Assembly: GCA_964057225.1 (NCBI GenBank)
Contig: OZ059895.1
Coordinates: 372,001 to 436,000 of the forward strand
DNA: 64,000 bases
Direction: 5' to 3'
Origin: Auanema rhodensis
Taxonomy: Eukaryota > Animalia > Nematoda
In this document: positions 9,913 to 24,850 of the stretch, in pieces
How positions within the stretch are numbered: position 1 is the first letter of the stretch
How the letters are laid out: the number at the start of each line of letters is the position of its first letter
Program-made: the position numbers and the translations under genes
The notes under the pieces: model-generated
Seen by the model: the letters and a program-made list of their open reading frames with translations, nothing else
Databases searched by the model: none
What the model was told of the DNA's origin: nothing

Positions 9913-12900
9913 AAACGATCATAACTAATTTTTGTATTAAGCGTTTCTCAATGTAGTATAGTGCATTCGATGCGGATTTTTAAGCTGCGTCGATCTGTGT
10001 TATCAGATTTGCGCTAGCTTAAAAATGCACCGAGATATCAACTGATATAAGTTCACACTTATATCCTCGATTTTCACCCTGAAGAATTATTTTTTTCGTT
10101 GAATAACATTGTCCATCTTCCTTGCCTTGAAAAATGGAATCTAAAAACACCTACTTTTTGCTAAATTATTTTGAAATTTTTCGAAAAAATTTTTGTCAAA
10201 ATGTTTTTGGAAGCAATGTTGAGTGTACATGGAAACTCAACATACACTAATGCATCATTTTTCAAACGATCATAACTAATTTTTGTATTAAGCGTTTCTC
10301 AATGTAGTATAGTGCACTCGATGCGGATTTTTAAGCTGCGTCGATCTGTGTTATCAGATTTGCGCTAGCTTAAAAATGCACCGAGATATCAACTGATATA
10401 AGTTCACACTTATATCCTCGATTTTCACCCTGAAGAATTAATTTTTTTGTTGAATAACATTGTCTATCGTCTTTGCCTTGAAAAATGAAATCTAAAAACA
10501 TCTACTTTTTGCTAAATTATTTTGAAATTTTTCGAAAAAATTTTTGTCAAAATGTTTTTGGAAGCAATGTTGAGTGTACATGGAAACTCAACATACACTA
10601 ATGCATCATTTTTCAAACGATCATAACTAATTTTTGTATTAAGCGTTTCTCAATGTAGTATAGTGCATTCGATGCGGATTTTTAAGCTGCGTCGATCTGT
10701 GTTATCAGATTTGCGCTAGCTTAAAAATGCACCGAGATATCAACTGATATAAGTTCACACTTATATCCTCGATTTTCACCCTGAAGAATTATTTTTTTCG
10801 TTGAATAACATTGTCCATCGTCCTTGCCTTGAAAAATGGAATCTAAAAACATCTACTTTTTGCTAAATTATTCTGAAATTTTTTGAAAACATTTTTGTCA
10901 AAATGTTTTTGGAAGCAATGTTGAGTGTACATGGAAACTCAACATACACTAATGCATCATTTTTCAAACGATCATAACTATATTTTGTATTAAACGTTTC
11001 TCAATGTAGTATAGTGCATTCGATGCGGATTTTTAAGCTGCGTCGATCTGTGTTATCAGATTTGCGCTAGCTTAAAATTGCACCGAGATATCAACTGATA
11101 TAAGTTCACACTTATATCCTCGATTTTCTCCCTGAAGAATTAATTTTTTCGTTGAATAACATTGTCCATCGTCTTCGCCTTGAAAAAAGGAATCTAAAAA
11201 CATCTACTTTTTGCTAAATTATTCTGAAATTTTTTGAAAACATTTTTGTCAAAATGTTTTTGGAAGCAATGTTGAGTGTACATGGAAACTCAACATACAC
11301 TAATGCATCATTTTTCAAACGATCATAACTATATTTTGTATTAAGCGTTTCTCAATGTAGTATAGTGCATTCGATGCGGATTTTTAAGCTGCGTCGATCT
11401 GTGTTATCAGATTTGCGCTAGCTTAAAAATGCACCGAGATATCAACTGATATAAGTTCACACTTATATCCTCGATTTTCACCCTGAAGAATTAATTTTTT
11501 CGTTGAATAACATTGTCTATCGTCTTTTCCTTGAAAAATGGAATCTAAAAACATCTACTTTTTGCTAAATTATTCTGAAATTTTTCGAAAAAATTTTTGT
11601 CAAAATGTTTTTGGAAGCAATGTTGAGTGTACATGGAAACTCAACATACACTAATGCATCATTTTTCAAACGATCATAACTAATTTTTGTATTAAGCGTT
11701 TCTCAATGTAGTATAGTGCATTCGATGCGGATTTTTAAGCTGCGTCGATCTGTGTTATCAGATTTGCGCTAGCTTAAAAATGCACCGAGATATCAACTGA
11801 TATAAGTTCACACTTATATCCTCGATTTTCACCCTGAAGAATTATTTTTTTTCGTTGAATAACATTGTCCATCTTCCTTGCCTTGAAAAATGGAATCTAA
11901 AAACACCTACTTTTTGCTAAATTATTTTGAAATTTTTCGAAAAAATTTTTGTCAAAATGTTTTTGGAAGCAATGTTGAGTGTACATGGAAACTCAACATA
12001 CACTAATGCATCATTTTTCAAACGATCATAACTAATTTTTGTATTAAGCGTTTCTCAATGTAGTATAGTGCACTCGATGCGGATTTTTAAGCTGCGTCGA
12101 TCTGTGTTATCAGATTTGAGCTAGCTTAAAAATGCACCGAGATATCAACTGATATAAGTTCACACTTATATCCTCGATTTTCACCCTGAAGAATTAATTT
12201 TTTTGTTGAATAACATTGTCTATCGTCTTTGCCTTGAAAAATGAAATCTAAAAACATCTACTTTTTGCTAAATTATTTTGAAATTTTTCGAAAAAATTTT
12301 TGTCAAAATGTTTTTGGAAGCAATGTTGAGTGTACATGGAAACTCAACATACACTAATGCATCATTTTTCAAACGATCATAACTAATTTTTGTATTAAGC
12401 GTTTCTCAATGTAGTATAGTGCATTCGATGCGGATTTTTAAGCTGCGTCGATCTGTGTTATCAGATTTGCGCTAGCTTAAAAATGCACCGAGATATCAAC
12501 TGATATAAGTTCACACTTATATCCTCGATTTTCACCCTGAAGAATTATTTTTTTCGTTGAATAACATTGTCCATCGTCCTTGCCTTGAAAAATGGAATCT
12601 AAAAACATCTACTTTTTGCTAAATTATTCTGAAATTTTTTGAAAACATTTTTGTCAAAATGTTTTTGGAAGCAATGTTGAGTGTACATGGAAACTCAACA
12701 TACACTAATGCATCATTTTTCAAACGATCATAACTATATTTTGTATTAAACGTTTCTCAATGTAGTATAGTGCATTCGATGCGGATTTTTAAGCTGCGTC
12801 GATCTGTGTTATCAGATTTGCGCTAGCTTAAAATTGCACCGAGATATCAACTGATATAAGTTCACACTTATATCCTCGATTTTCTCCCTGAAGAATTAAT

Positions 12901-15900
12901 TTTTTCGTTGAATAACATTGTCCATCGTCTTCGCCTTGAAAAAAGGAATCTAAAAACATCTACTTTTTGCTAAATTATTCTGAAATTTTTTGAAAACATT
13001 TTTGTCAAAATGTTTTTGGAAGCAATGTTGAGTGTACATGGAAACTCAACATACACTAATGCATCATTTTTCAAACGATCATAACTATATTTTGTATTAA
13101 GCGTTTCTCAATGTAGTATAGTGCATTCGATGCGGATTTTTAAACTGCGTCGATCTGTGTTATCAGATTTGCGCTAGCTTAAAAATGCACCGAGATATCA
13201 ACTGATATAAGTTCACACTTATATCCTCGATTTTCACCCTGAAGAATTAATTTTTTCGTTGAATAACATTGTCTATCGTCTTTTCCTTGAAAAATGGAAT
13301 CTAAAAACATCTACTTTTTGCTAAATTATTTTGAAATTTTTCGAAAAAATTTTTGTCAAAATGTTTTTGGAAGCAATGTTGAGTGTACATGGAAACTCAA
13401 CATACACTAATGCATCATTTTTCAAACGATCATAACTAATTTTTGTATTAAGCGTTTCTCAATGTAGTATAGTGCATTCGATGCGGATTTTTAAGCTGCG
13501 TCGATCTGTGTTATCAGATTTGCGCTAGCTTAAAAATGCACCGAGATATCAACTGATATAAGTTCACACTTATATCCTCGATTTTCACCCTGAAGAATTA
13601 TTTTTTTCGTTGAATAACATTGTCCATCGTCCTTGCCTTGAAAAATGGAATCTAAAAACATCTACTTTTTGCTAAATTATTTTGAAATTTTTCGAAAAAA
13701 TTTTTGTCAAAATGTTTTTGGAAGCAATGTTGAGTGTACATGGAAACTCAACATACACTAATGCATCATTTTTCAAACGATCATAACTAATTTTTGTATT
13801 AAGCGTTTCTCAATGTAGTATAGTGCATTCGATGCGGATTTTTAAGCTGCGTCGATCTGTGTTATCAGATTTGCGCTAGCTTAAAAATGCACCGAGATAT
13901 CAACTGATATAAGTTCACACTTATATCCTCGATTTTCACCCTGAAGAATTATTTTTTTCGTTGAATAACATTGTCCATCGTCCTTGCCTTGAAAAATGGA
14001 ATCTAAAAACATCTACTTTTTGCTAAATTATTTTGAAATTTTTCGAAAAAATTTTTGTCAAAATGTTTTTGGAAGCAATGTTGAGTGTACATGGAAACTC
14101 AACATACACTAATGCATCATTTTTCAAACGATCATAACTAATTTTTGTATCAAGCGTTTCTCAATGTAGTATAGTGCATTCGATGCGGATTTTTAAGCTG
14201 CGTCGATCTGTGTTATCAGATTTGCGCTAGCTTAAAATGCACCGAGATATCAACTGATATAAGTTCACACTTATATCCTCGATTTTCACCCTGAAGAATT
14301 AATTTTTTCGTTGAATAACATTGTCCATCGTCTTTGCCTTGAAAAAAGGAATCTAAAAACATCTACTTTTTGCTAAATTATTTTGAAATTTTTCGAAAAA
14401 AATTTTTGTCAAAATGTTTTTGGAAGCAATGTTGAGTGTACATGGAAACTCAACATACACTAATGCATCATTTTTCAAACGATCATAACTACTTTTTGTA
14501 TCAAGCGTTTCTCAATGTAGTATAGTGCATTCGATGCGGATTTTTAAGCTGCGTCGATCTGTGTTATCAGATTTGCGCTAGCTTAAAAATGCACCGAGAT
14601 ATCAACTGATATAAGTTCACACTTATATCCTCGATTTTCACCCTGAAGAATTAATTTTTTCGTTGAATAACATTGTCTATCGTCTTTTCCTTGAAAAATG
14701 GAATCTAAAAACATCTACTTTTTGCTAAATTATTTTGAAATTTTTCGAAAAAATTTTTGTCAAAATGTTTTTGGAAGCAATGTTGAGTGTACATGGAAAC
14801 TCAACATACACTAATGCATCATTTTTCAAACGATCATAACTAATTTTTGTATTAAGCGTTTCTCAATGTAGTATAGTGCATTCGATGCGGATTTTTAAGC
14901 TGCGTCGATCTGTGTTATCAGATTTGCGCTAGCTTAAAAATGCACCGAGATATCAACTGATATAAGTTCACACTTATATCCTCGATTTTCACCCTGAAGA
15001 ATTATTTTTTTTCGTTGAATAACATTGTCCATCTTCCTTGCCTTGAAAAATGGAATCTAAAAACACCTACTTTTTGCTAAATTATTTTGAAATTTTTCGA
15101 AAAAATTTTTGTCAAAATGTTTTTGGAAGCAATGTTGAGTGTACATGGAAACTCAACATACACTAATGCATCATTTTTCAAACGATCATAACTAATTTTT
15201 GTATTAAGCGTTTCTCAATGTAGTATAGTGCACTCGATGCGGATTTTTAAGCTGCGTCGATCTGTGTTATCAGATTTGAGCTAGCTTAAAAATGCACCGA
15301 GATATCAACTGATATAAGTTCACACTTATATCCTCGATTTTCACCCTGAAGAATTAATTTTTTTGTTGAATAACATTGTCTATCGTCTTTGCCTTGAAAA
15401 ATGAAATCTAAAAACATCTACTTTTTGCTAAATTATTTTGAAATTTTTCGAAAAAATTTTTGTCAAAATGTTTTTGGAAGCAATGTTGAGTGTACATGGA
15501 AACTCAACATACACTAATGCATCATTTTTCAAACGATCATAACTAATTTTTGTATTAAGCGTTTCTCAATGTAGTATAGTGCATTCGATGCGGATTTTTA
15601 AGCTGCGTCGATCTGTGTTATCAGATTTGCGCTAGCTTAAAAATGCACCGAGATATCAACTGATATAAGTTCACACTTATATCCTCGATTTTCACCCTGA
15701 AGAATTATTTTTTTCGTTGAATAACATTGTCCATCGTCCTTGCCTTGAAAAATGGAATCTAAAAACATCTACTTTTTGCTAAATTATTTTGAAATTTTTC
15801 GAAAAAATTTTTGTCAAAATGTTTTTGGAAGCAATGTTGAGTGTACATGGAAACTCAACATACACTAATGCATCATTTTTCAAACGATCATAACTATATT

Positions 15901-16583
15901 TTGTATTAAGCGTTTCTCAATGTAGTATAGTGCATTCGATGCGGATTTTTAAGCTGCGTCGATCTGTGTTATCAGATTTGCGCTAGCTTAAAATTGCACC
16001 GAGATATCAACTGATATAAGTTCACACTTATATCCTCGATTTTCTCCCTGAAGAATTAATTTTTTCGTTGAATAACATTGTCCATCGTCTTCGCCTTGAA
16101 AAAAGGAATCTAAAAACATCTACTTTTTGCTAAATTATTCTGAAATTTTTTGAAAACATTTTTGTCAAAATGTTTTTGGAAGCAATGTTGAGTGTACATG
16201 GAAACTCAACATACACTAATGCATCATTTTTCAAACGATCATAACTATATTTTGTATTAAGCGTTTCTCAATGTAGTATAGTGCATTCGATGCGGATTTT
16301 TAAGCTGCGTCGATCTGTGTTATCAGATTTGCGCTAGCTTAAAAATGCACCGAGATATCAACTGATATAAGTTCACACTTATATCCTCGATTTTCACCCT
16401 GAAGAATTAATTTTTTCGTTGAATAACATTGTCTATCGTCTTTTCCTTGAAAGATGGAATCTAAAAACATCTACTTTTTGCTAAATTATTTTGAAATTTT
16501 TCGAAAAAATTTTTGTCAAAATGTTTTTGGAAGCAATGTTGAGTGTACATGGAAACTCAACATACACTAATGCATCATTTTTC
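9913..16583. repeat. 5-monomer HOR, copies starting at 9913, 11668 and 14828
   Basis: Ordered markers: CTTCC+ACACC; GCACTC+ATGAAA; GTCCTT; CTATATT+AAAATTG+TTCTCC+CTTCG; CTATATT+CTTTTCC. Four other monomers (13424-14827) lie between copies 2 and 3. Confidence 0.88.
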
Positions 16584-16934
16584 AAACGATCATAACTAAT
16601 TTTTGTATCAAGCGTTTCTCAATGTAGTATAGTGCATTCGATGCGGATTTTTAAGCTGCGTCGATCTGTGTTATCAGATTTGCGCTAGCTTAAAAATGCA
16701 CCGAGATATCAACTGATATAAGTTCACACTTATATCCTCGATTTTCACCCTGAAGAATTAATTTTTTCGTTGAATAACATTGTCTATCGTCTTTTCCTTG
16801 AAAAATGGAATCTAAAAACATCTACTTTTTGCTAAATTATTTTGAAATTTTTCGAAAAAATTTTTGTCAAAATGTTTTTGGAAGCAATGTTGAGTGTACA
16901 TGGAAACTCAACATACACTAATGCATCATTTTTC

Positions 16935-19745
16935 AAACGATCATAACTAATTTTTGTATTAAGCGTTTCTCAATGTAGTATAGTGCATTCGATGCGGATT
17001 TTTAAGCTGCGTCGATCTGTGTTATCAGATTTGCGCTAGCTTAAAAATGCACCGAGATATCAACTGATATAAGTTCACACTTATATCCTCGATTTTCACC
17101 CTGAAGAATTATTTTTTTTCGTTGAATAACATTGTCCATCTTCCTTGCCTTGAAAAATGGAATCTAAAAACACCTACTTTTTGCTAAATTATTTTGAAAT
17201 TTTTCGAAAAAATTTTTGTCAAAATGTTTTTGGAAGCAATGTTGAGTGTACATGGAAACTCAACATACACTAATGCATCATTTTTCAAACGATCATAACT
17301 AATTTTTGTATTAAGCGTTTCTCAATGTAGTATAGTGCATTCGATGCGGATTTTTAAGCTGCGTCGATCTGTGTTATCAGATTTGCGCTAGCTTAAAAAT
17401 GCACCGAGATATCAACTGATATAAGTTCACACTTATATCCTCGATTTTCACCCTGAAGAATTATTTTTTTCGTTGAATAACATTGTCCATCGTCCTTGCC
17501 TTGAAAAATGGAATCTAAAAACATCTACTTTTTGCTAAATTATTCTGAAATTTTTTGAAAACATTTTTGTCAAAATGTTTTTGGAAGCAATGTTGAGTGT
17601 ACATGGAAACTCAACATACACTAATGCATCATTTTTCAAACGATCATAACTATATTTTGTATTAAACGTTTCTCAATGTAGTATAGTGCATTCGATGCGG
17701 ATTTTTAAGCTGCGTCGATCTGTGTTATCAGATTTGCGCTAGCTTAAAATTGCACCGAGATATCAACTGATATAAGTTCACACTTATATCCTCGATTTTC
17801 TCCCTGAAGAATTAATTTTTTCGTTGAATAACATTGTCCATCGTCTTCGCCTTGAAAAAAGGAATCTAAAAACATCTACTTTTTGCTAAATTATTCTGAA
17901 ATTTTTTGAAAACATTTTTGTCAAAATGTTTTTGGAAGCAATGTTGAGTGTACATGGAAACTCAACATACACTAATGCATCATTTTTCAAACGATCATAA
18001 CTATATTTTGTATTAAGCGTTTCTCAATGTAGTATAGTGCATTCGATGCGGATTTTTAAGCTGCGTCGATCTGTGTTATCAGATTTGCGCTAGCTTAAAA
18101 ATGCACCGAGATATCAACTGATATAAGTTCACACTTATATCCTCGATTTTCACCCTGAAGAATTATTTTTTTTCGTTGAATAACATTGTCTATCGTCTTT
18201 TCCTTGAAAAATGGAATCTAAAAACATCTACTTTTTGCTAAATTATTTTGAAATTTTTCGAAAAAATTTTTGTCAAAATGTTTTTGGAAGCAATGTTGAG
18301 TGTACATGGAAACTCAACATACACTAATGCATCATTTTTCAAACGATCATAACTAATTTTTGTATTAAGCGTTTCTCAATGTAGTATAGTGCATTCGATG
18401 CGGATTTTTAAGCTGCGTCGATCTGTGTTATCAGATTTGCGCTAGCTTAAAAATGCACCGAGATATCAACTGATATAAGTTCACACTTATATCCTCGATT
18501 TTCACCCTGAAGAATTATTTTTTTTCGTTGAATAACATTGTCCATCTTCCTTGCCTTGAAAAATGGAATCTAAAAACACCTACTTTTTGCTAAATTATTT
18601 TGAAATTTTTCGAAAAAATTTTTGTCAAAATGTTTTTGGAAGCAATGTTGAGTGTACATGGAAACTCAACATACACTAATGCATCATTTTTCAAACGATC
18701 ATAACTAATTTTTGTATTAAGCGTTTCTCAATGTAGTATAGTGCATTCGATGCGGATTTTTAAGCTGCGTCGATCTGTGTTATCAGATTTGCGCTAGCTT
18801 AAAAATGCACCGAGATATCAACTGATATAAGTTCACACTTATATCCTCGATTTTCACCCTGAAGAATTATTTTTTTCGTTGAATAACATTGTCCATCGTC
18901 CTTGCCTTGAAAAATGGAATCTAAAAACATCTACTTTTTGCTAAATTATTCTGAAATTTTTTGAAAACATTTTTGTCAAAATGTTTTTGGAAGCAATGTT
19001 GAGTGTACATGGAAACTCAACATACACTAATGCATCATTTTTCAAACGATCATAACTATATTTTGTATTAAACGTTTCTCAATGTAGTATAGTGCATTCG
19101 ATGCGGATTTTTAAGCTGCGTCGATCTGTGTTATCAGATTTGCGCTAGCTTAAAATTGCACCGAGATATCAACTGATATAAGTTCACACTTATATCCTCG
19201 ATTTTCTCCCTGAAGAATTAATTTTTTCGTTGAATAACATTGTCCATCGTCTTCGCCTTGAAAAAAGGAATCTAAAAACATCTACTTTTTGCTAAATTAT
19301 TCTGAAATTTTTTGAAAACATTTTTGTCAAAATGTTTTTGGAAGCAATGTTGAGTGTACATGGAAACTCAACATACACTAATGCATCATTTTTCAAACGA
19401 TCATAACTATATTTTGTATTAAGCGTTTCTCAATGTAGTATAGTGCATTCGATGCGGATTTTTAAGCTGCGTCGATCTGTGTTATCAGATTTGCGCTAGC
19501 TTAAAAATGCACCGAGATATCAACTGATATAAGTTCACACTTATATCCTCGATTTTCACCCTGAAGAATTAATTTTTTCGTTGAATAACATTGTCTATCG
19601 TCTTTTCCTTGAAAAATGGAATCTAAAAACATCTACTTTTTGCTAAATTATTTTGAAATTTTTCGAAAAAATTTTTGTCAAAATGTTTTTGGAAGCAATG
19701 TTGAGTGTACATGGAAACTCAACATACACTAATGCATCATTTTTC
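16935..19745. repeat. 4-monomer HOR x2, derived from the 5-mer by loss of the GCACTC member
   Basis: ACACC monomers at 16935 and 18341; AAAATTG monomers at 17638 and 19044; CTTTTCC monomers at 17989 and 19395. Confidence 0.88.
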
Positions 19746-22202
19746 AAACGATCATAACTAATTTTTGTATTAAGCGTTTCTCAATGTAGTATAGTGCATT
19801 CGATGCGGATTTTTAAGCTGCGTCGATCTGTGTTATCAGATTTGCGCTAGCTTAAAAATGCACCGAGATATCAACTGATATAAGTTCACACTTATATCCT
19901 CGATTTTCACCCTGAAGAATTATTTTTTTCGTTGAATAACATTGTCCATCGTCCTTGCCTTGAAAAATGGAATCTAAAAACATCTACTTTTTGCTAAATT
20001 ATTTTGAAATTTTTCGAAAAAATTTTTGTCAAAATGTTTTTGGAAGCAATGTTGAGTGTACATGGAAACTCAACATACACTAATGCATCATTTTTCAAAC
20101 GATCATAACTAATTTTTGTATTAAGCGTTTCTCAATGTAGTATAGTGCATTCGATGCGGATTTTTAAGCTGCGTCGATCTGTGTTATCAGATTTGCGCTA
20201 GCTTAAAAATGCACCGAGATATCAACTGATATAAGTTCACACTTATATCCTCGATTTTCACCCTGAAGAATTATTTTTTTCGTTGAATAACATTGTCCAT
20301 CGTCCTTGCCTTGAAAAATGGAATCTAAAAACATCTACTTTTTGCTAAATTATTTTGAAATTTTTCGAAAAAATTTTTGTCAAAATGTTTTTGGAAGCAA
20401 TGTTGAGTGTACATGGAAACTCAACATACACTAATGCATCATTTTTCAAACGATCATAACTAATTTTTGTATCAAGCGTTTCTCAATGTAGTATAGTGCA
20501 TTCGATGCGGATTTTTAAGCTGCGTCGATCTGTGTTATCAGATTTGCGCTAGCTTAAAATGCACCGAGATATCAACTGATATAAGTTCACACTTATATCC
20601 TCGATTTTCACCCTGAAGAATTAATTTTTTCGTTGAATAACATTGTCCATCGTCTTTGCCTTGAAAAAAGGAATCTAAAAACATCTACTTTTTGCTAAAT
20701 TATTTTGAAATTTTTCGAAAAAATTTTTGTCAAAATGTTTTTGGAAGCAATGTTGAGTGTACATGGAAACTCAACATACACTAATGCATCATTTTTCAAA
20801 CGATCATAACTAATTTTTGTATCAAGCGTTTATCAATGTAGTATAGTGCATTCGATGCGGATTTTTAAGCTGCGTCGATCTGTGTTATCAGATTTGCGCT
20901 AGCTTAAAATGCACCGAGATATCAACTGATATAAGTTCACACTTATATCCTCGATTTTCACCCTGAAGAATTAATTTTTTCGTTGAATAACATTGTCCAT
21001 CGTCTTTGCCTTGAAAAAAGGAATCTAAAAACATCTACTTTTTGCTAAATTATTTTGAAATTTTTCGAAAAAAATTTTTGTCAAAATGTTTTTGGAAGCA
21101 ATGTTGAGTGTACATGGAAACTCAACATACACTAATGCATCATTTTTCAAACGATCATAACTACTTTTTGTATCAAGCGTTTCTCAATGTAGTATAGTGC
21201 ATTCGATGCGGATTTTTAAGCTGCGTCGATCTGTGTTATCAGATTTGCGCTAGCTTAAAAATGCACCGAGATATCAACTGATATAAGTTCACACTTATAT
21301 CCTCGATTTTCACCCTGAAGAATTAATTTTTTCGTTGAATAACATTGTCCATCGTCTTTGCCTTGAAAAAAGGAATCTAAAAACATCTACTTTTTGCTAA
21401 ATTATTTTGAAATTTTTCGAAAAAATTTTTGTCAAAATGTTTTTGGAAGCAATGTTGAGTGTACATGGAAACTCAACATACACTAATGCATCATTTTTCA
21501 AACGATCATAACTAATTTTTGTATTAAGCGTTTCTCAATGTAGTATAGTGCATTCGATGCGGATTTTTAAGCTGCGTCGATCTGTGTTATCAGATTTGCG
21601 CTAGCTTAAAAATGCACCGAGATATCAACTGATATAAGTTCACACTTATATCCTCGATTTTCACCCTGAAGAATTATTTTTTTCGTTGAATAAAATTGTC
21701 CATCTTCCTTGCCTTGAAAAATGGAATCTAAAAACATCTACTTTTTGCTAAATTATTTTGAAATTTTTCGAAAAAATTTTTGTCAAAATGTTTTTGGAAG
21801 CAATGTTGAGTGTACATGGAAACTCAACATACACTAATGCATCATTTTTCAAACGATCATAACTAATTTTTGTATTAAGCGTTTCTCAATGTAGTATAGT
21901 GCACTCGATGCGGATTTTTAAGCTGCGTCGATCTGTGTTATCAGATTTGCGCTAGCTTAAAAATGCACCGAGATATCAACTGATATAAGTTCACATTTAT
22001 ATCCTCGATTTTCAACCTGAAGAAATAATTTTTTCGTTGAATAACATTGTCCTTCGTCTTTGCCTTAAAAAAAGGAATCTAAAAACATCTACTTTTTGCT
22101 AAATTATTTTGAAATTTTTCGAAAAAAATTTTTGTCAAAATGTTTTTGGAAGCAATGTTGAGTGTACATGGAAACTCAACATACACTAATGCATCATTTT
22201 TC

Positions 22203-24850
22203 AAACGATCATAACTAATTTTTGTATCAAGCGTTTTTCAATGTAGTATAGTGCATTCGATGCGGATTTTTAAGCTGCGTCGATCTGTGTTATCAGATTT
22301 GCGCTAGCTTAAAAATGCACCGAGATATCAACTGATATAAGTTCACACTTATATCCTCGATTTTCACCCTGAAGAATTAATTTTTTAGTTGAATAACCTT
22401 GTCCATCGTCTTTGCCTTGAAAAATGGAATCTAAAAACATCTACTTTTTGCTAAATTATTTTGAAATTTTTCGAAAAAATTTTTGTCAAAATGTTTTTGG
22501 AAGCAATGTTGAGTGTACATGGAAACTCAACATACACTAATGCATCATTTTTCAAACGATCATAACTAATTTTTGTATTAAGCGTTTCTCAATGTAGTAT
22601 AGTGCATTCGATGCGGATTTTTAAGCTGCGTCGATCTGTGTTATCAGATTTGCGCTAGCTTAAAATGCACCGAGATATCAACTGATATAAGTTCACACTT
22701 ATATCCTCGATTTTCACCCTGAAGAATTAATTTTTTCGTTGAATAACATTGTCCATCGTCTTTGCCTTGAAAAAAAGAATCTAAAAACATCTACTTTTTG
22801 CTAAATTATTTTGAAATTTTTCGAAAAAAATTTTTGTCAAAATGTTTTTGGAAGCAATGTTGAGTGTACATGGAAACTCAACATACACTAATGCATCATT
22901 TTTCAAACGATCATAACTAATTTTTGTATCAAGCGTTTTTCAATGTAGTATAGTGCATTCGATGCGGATTTTTAAGCTGCGTCGATCTGTGTTATCAGAT
23001 TTGCGCTAGCTTAAAAATGCACCGAGATATCAACTGATATAAGTTCACACTTATATCCTCGATTTTCACCCTGAAGAATTAATTTTTTAGTTGAATAACC
23101 TTGTCCATCGTCTTTGCCTTGAAAAATGGAATCTAAAAACATCTACTTTTTGCTAAATTATTTTGAAATTTTTCGAAAAAATTTTTGTCAAAATGTTTTT
23201 GGAAGCAATGTTGAGTGTACATGGAAACTCAACATACACTAATGCATCATTTTTCAAACGATCATAACTAATTTTTGTATTAAGCGTTTCTCAATGTAGT
23301 ATAGTGCATTCGATGCGGATTTTTAAGCTGCGTCGATCTGTGTTATCAGATTTGCGCTAGCTTAAAATGCACCGAGATATCAACTGATATAAGTTCACAC
23401 TTATATCCTCGATTTTCACCCTGAAGAATTAATTTTTTCGTTGAATAACATTGTCCATCGTCTTTGCCTTGAAAAAAAGAATCTAAAAACATCTACTTTT
23501 TGCTAAATTATTTTGAAATTTTTCGAAAAAAATTTTTGTCAAAATGTTTTTGGAAGCAATGTTGAGTGTACATGGAAACTCAACATACACTAATGCATCA
23601 TTTTTCAAACGATCATAACTACTTTTTGTATCAAGCGTTTCTCAATGTAGTATAGTGCATTCGATGCGGATTTTTAAGCTGCGTCGATCTGTGTTATCAG
23701 ATTTGCGCTAGCTTAAAATGCACCGAGATATCAACTGATATAAGTTCACACTTATATCCTCGATTTTCACCCTGAAGAATTAATTTTTTCGTTGAATAAC
23801 ATTGTCCATCGTCTTTGCCATGAAAAAAGGAATCTAAAAACATCTACTTTTTGCTAAATTATTTTGAAATTTTTCGAAAAAAATTTTTGTCAAAATGTTT
23901 TTGGAAGCAATGTTGAGTGTACATGGAAACTCAACATACACTAATGCATCATTTTTCAAACGATCATAACTACTTTTTGTATCAAGCGTTTCTCAATGTA
24001 GTATAGTGCATTCGATGCGGATTTTTAAGCTGCGTCGATCTGTGTTATCAGATTTGCGCTAGCTTAAAAATGCACCGAGATATCAACTGATATAAGTTCA
24101 CACTTATATCCTCGATTTTCACCCTGAAGAATTATTTTTTTCGTTGAATAACATTGTCCATCGTCTTTGCCTTGAAAAAAGGAATCTAAAAACATCTACT
24201 TTTTGCTAAATTATTTTGAAATTTTTCGAAAAAATTTTTGTCAAAATGTTTTTGGAAGCAATGTTGAGTGTACATGGAAACTCAACATACACTAATGCAT
24301 CATTTTTCAAACGATCATAACTACTTTTTGTATCAAGCGTTTCTCAATGTAGTATAGTGCATTCGATGCGGATTTTTAAGCTGCGTCGATCTGTGTTATC
24401 AGATTTGCGCTAGCTTAAAATGCACCGAGATATCAACTGATATAAGTTCACACTTATATCCTCGATTTTCACCCTGAAGAATTAATTTTTTCGTTGAATA
24501 ACATTGTCCATCGTCTTTGCCATGAAAAAAGGAATCTAAAAACATCTACTTTTTGCTAAATTATTTTGAAATTTTTCGAAAAAAATTTTTGTCAAAATGT
24601 TTTTGGAAGCAATGTTGAGTGTACATGGAAACTCAACATACACTAATGCATCATTTTTCAAACGATCATAACTACTTTTTGTATCAAGCGTTTCTCAATG
24701 TAGTATAGTGCATTCGATGCGGATTTTTAAGCTGCGTCGATCTGTGTTATCAGATTTGCGCTAGCTTAAAAATGCACCGAGATATCAACTGATATAAGTT
24801 CACACTTATATCCTCGATTTTCACCCTGAAGAATTATTTTTTTCGTTGAA
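22203..24850. repeat. Two adjacent dimer duplications (702-bp period)
   Basis: TTTAGTT/AACCTT with AAAAAAGAAT at 22203/22554 and 22905/23256; GCCATGAA at 23607 and 24309. Confidence 0.88.
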
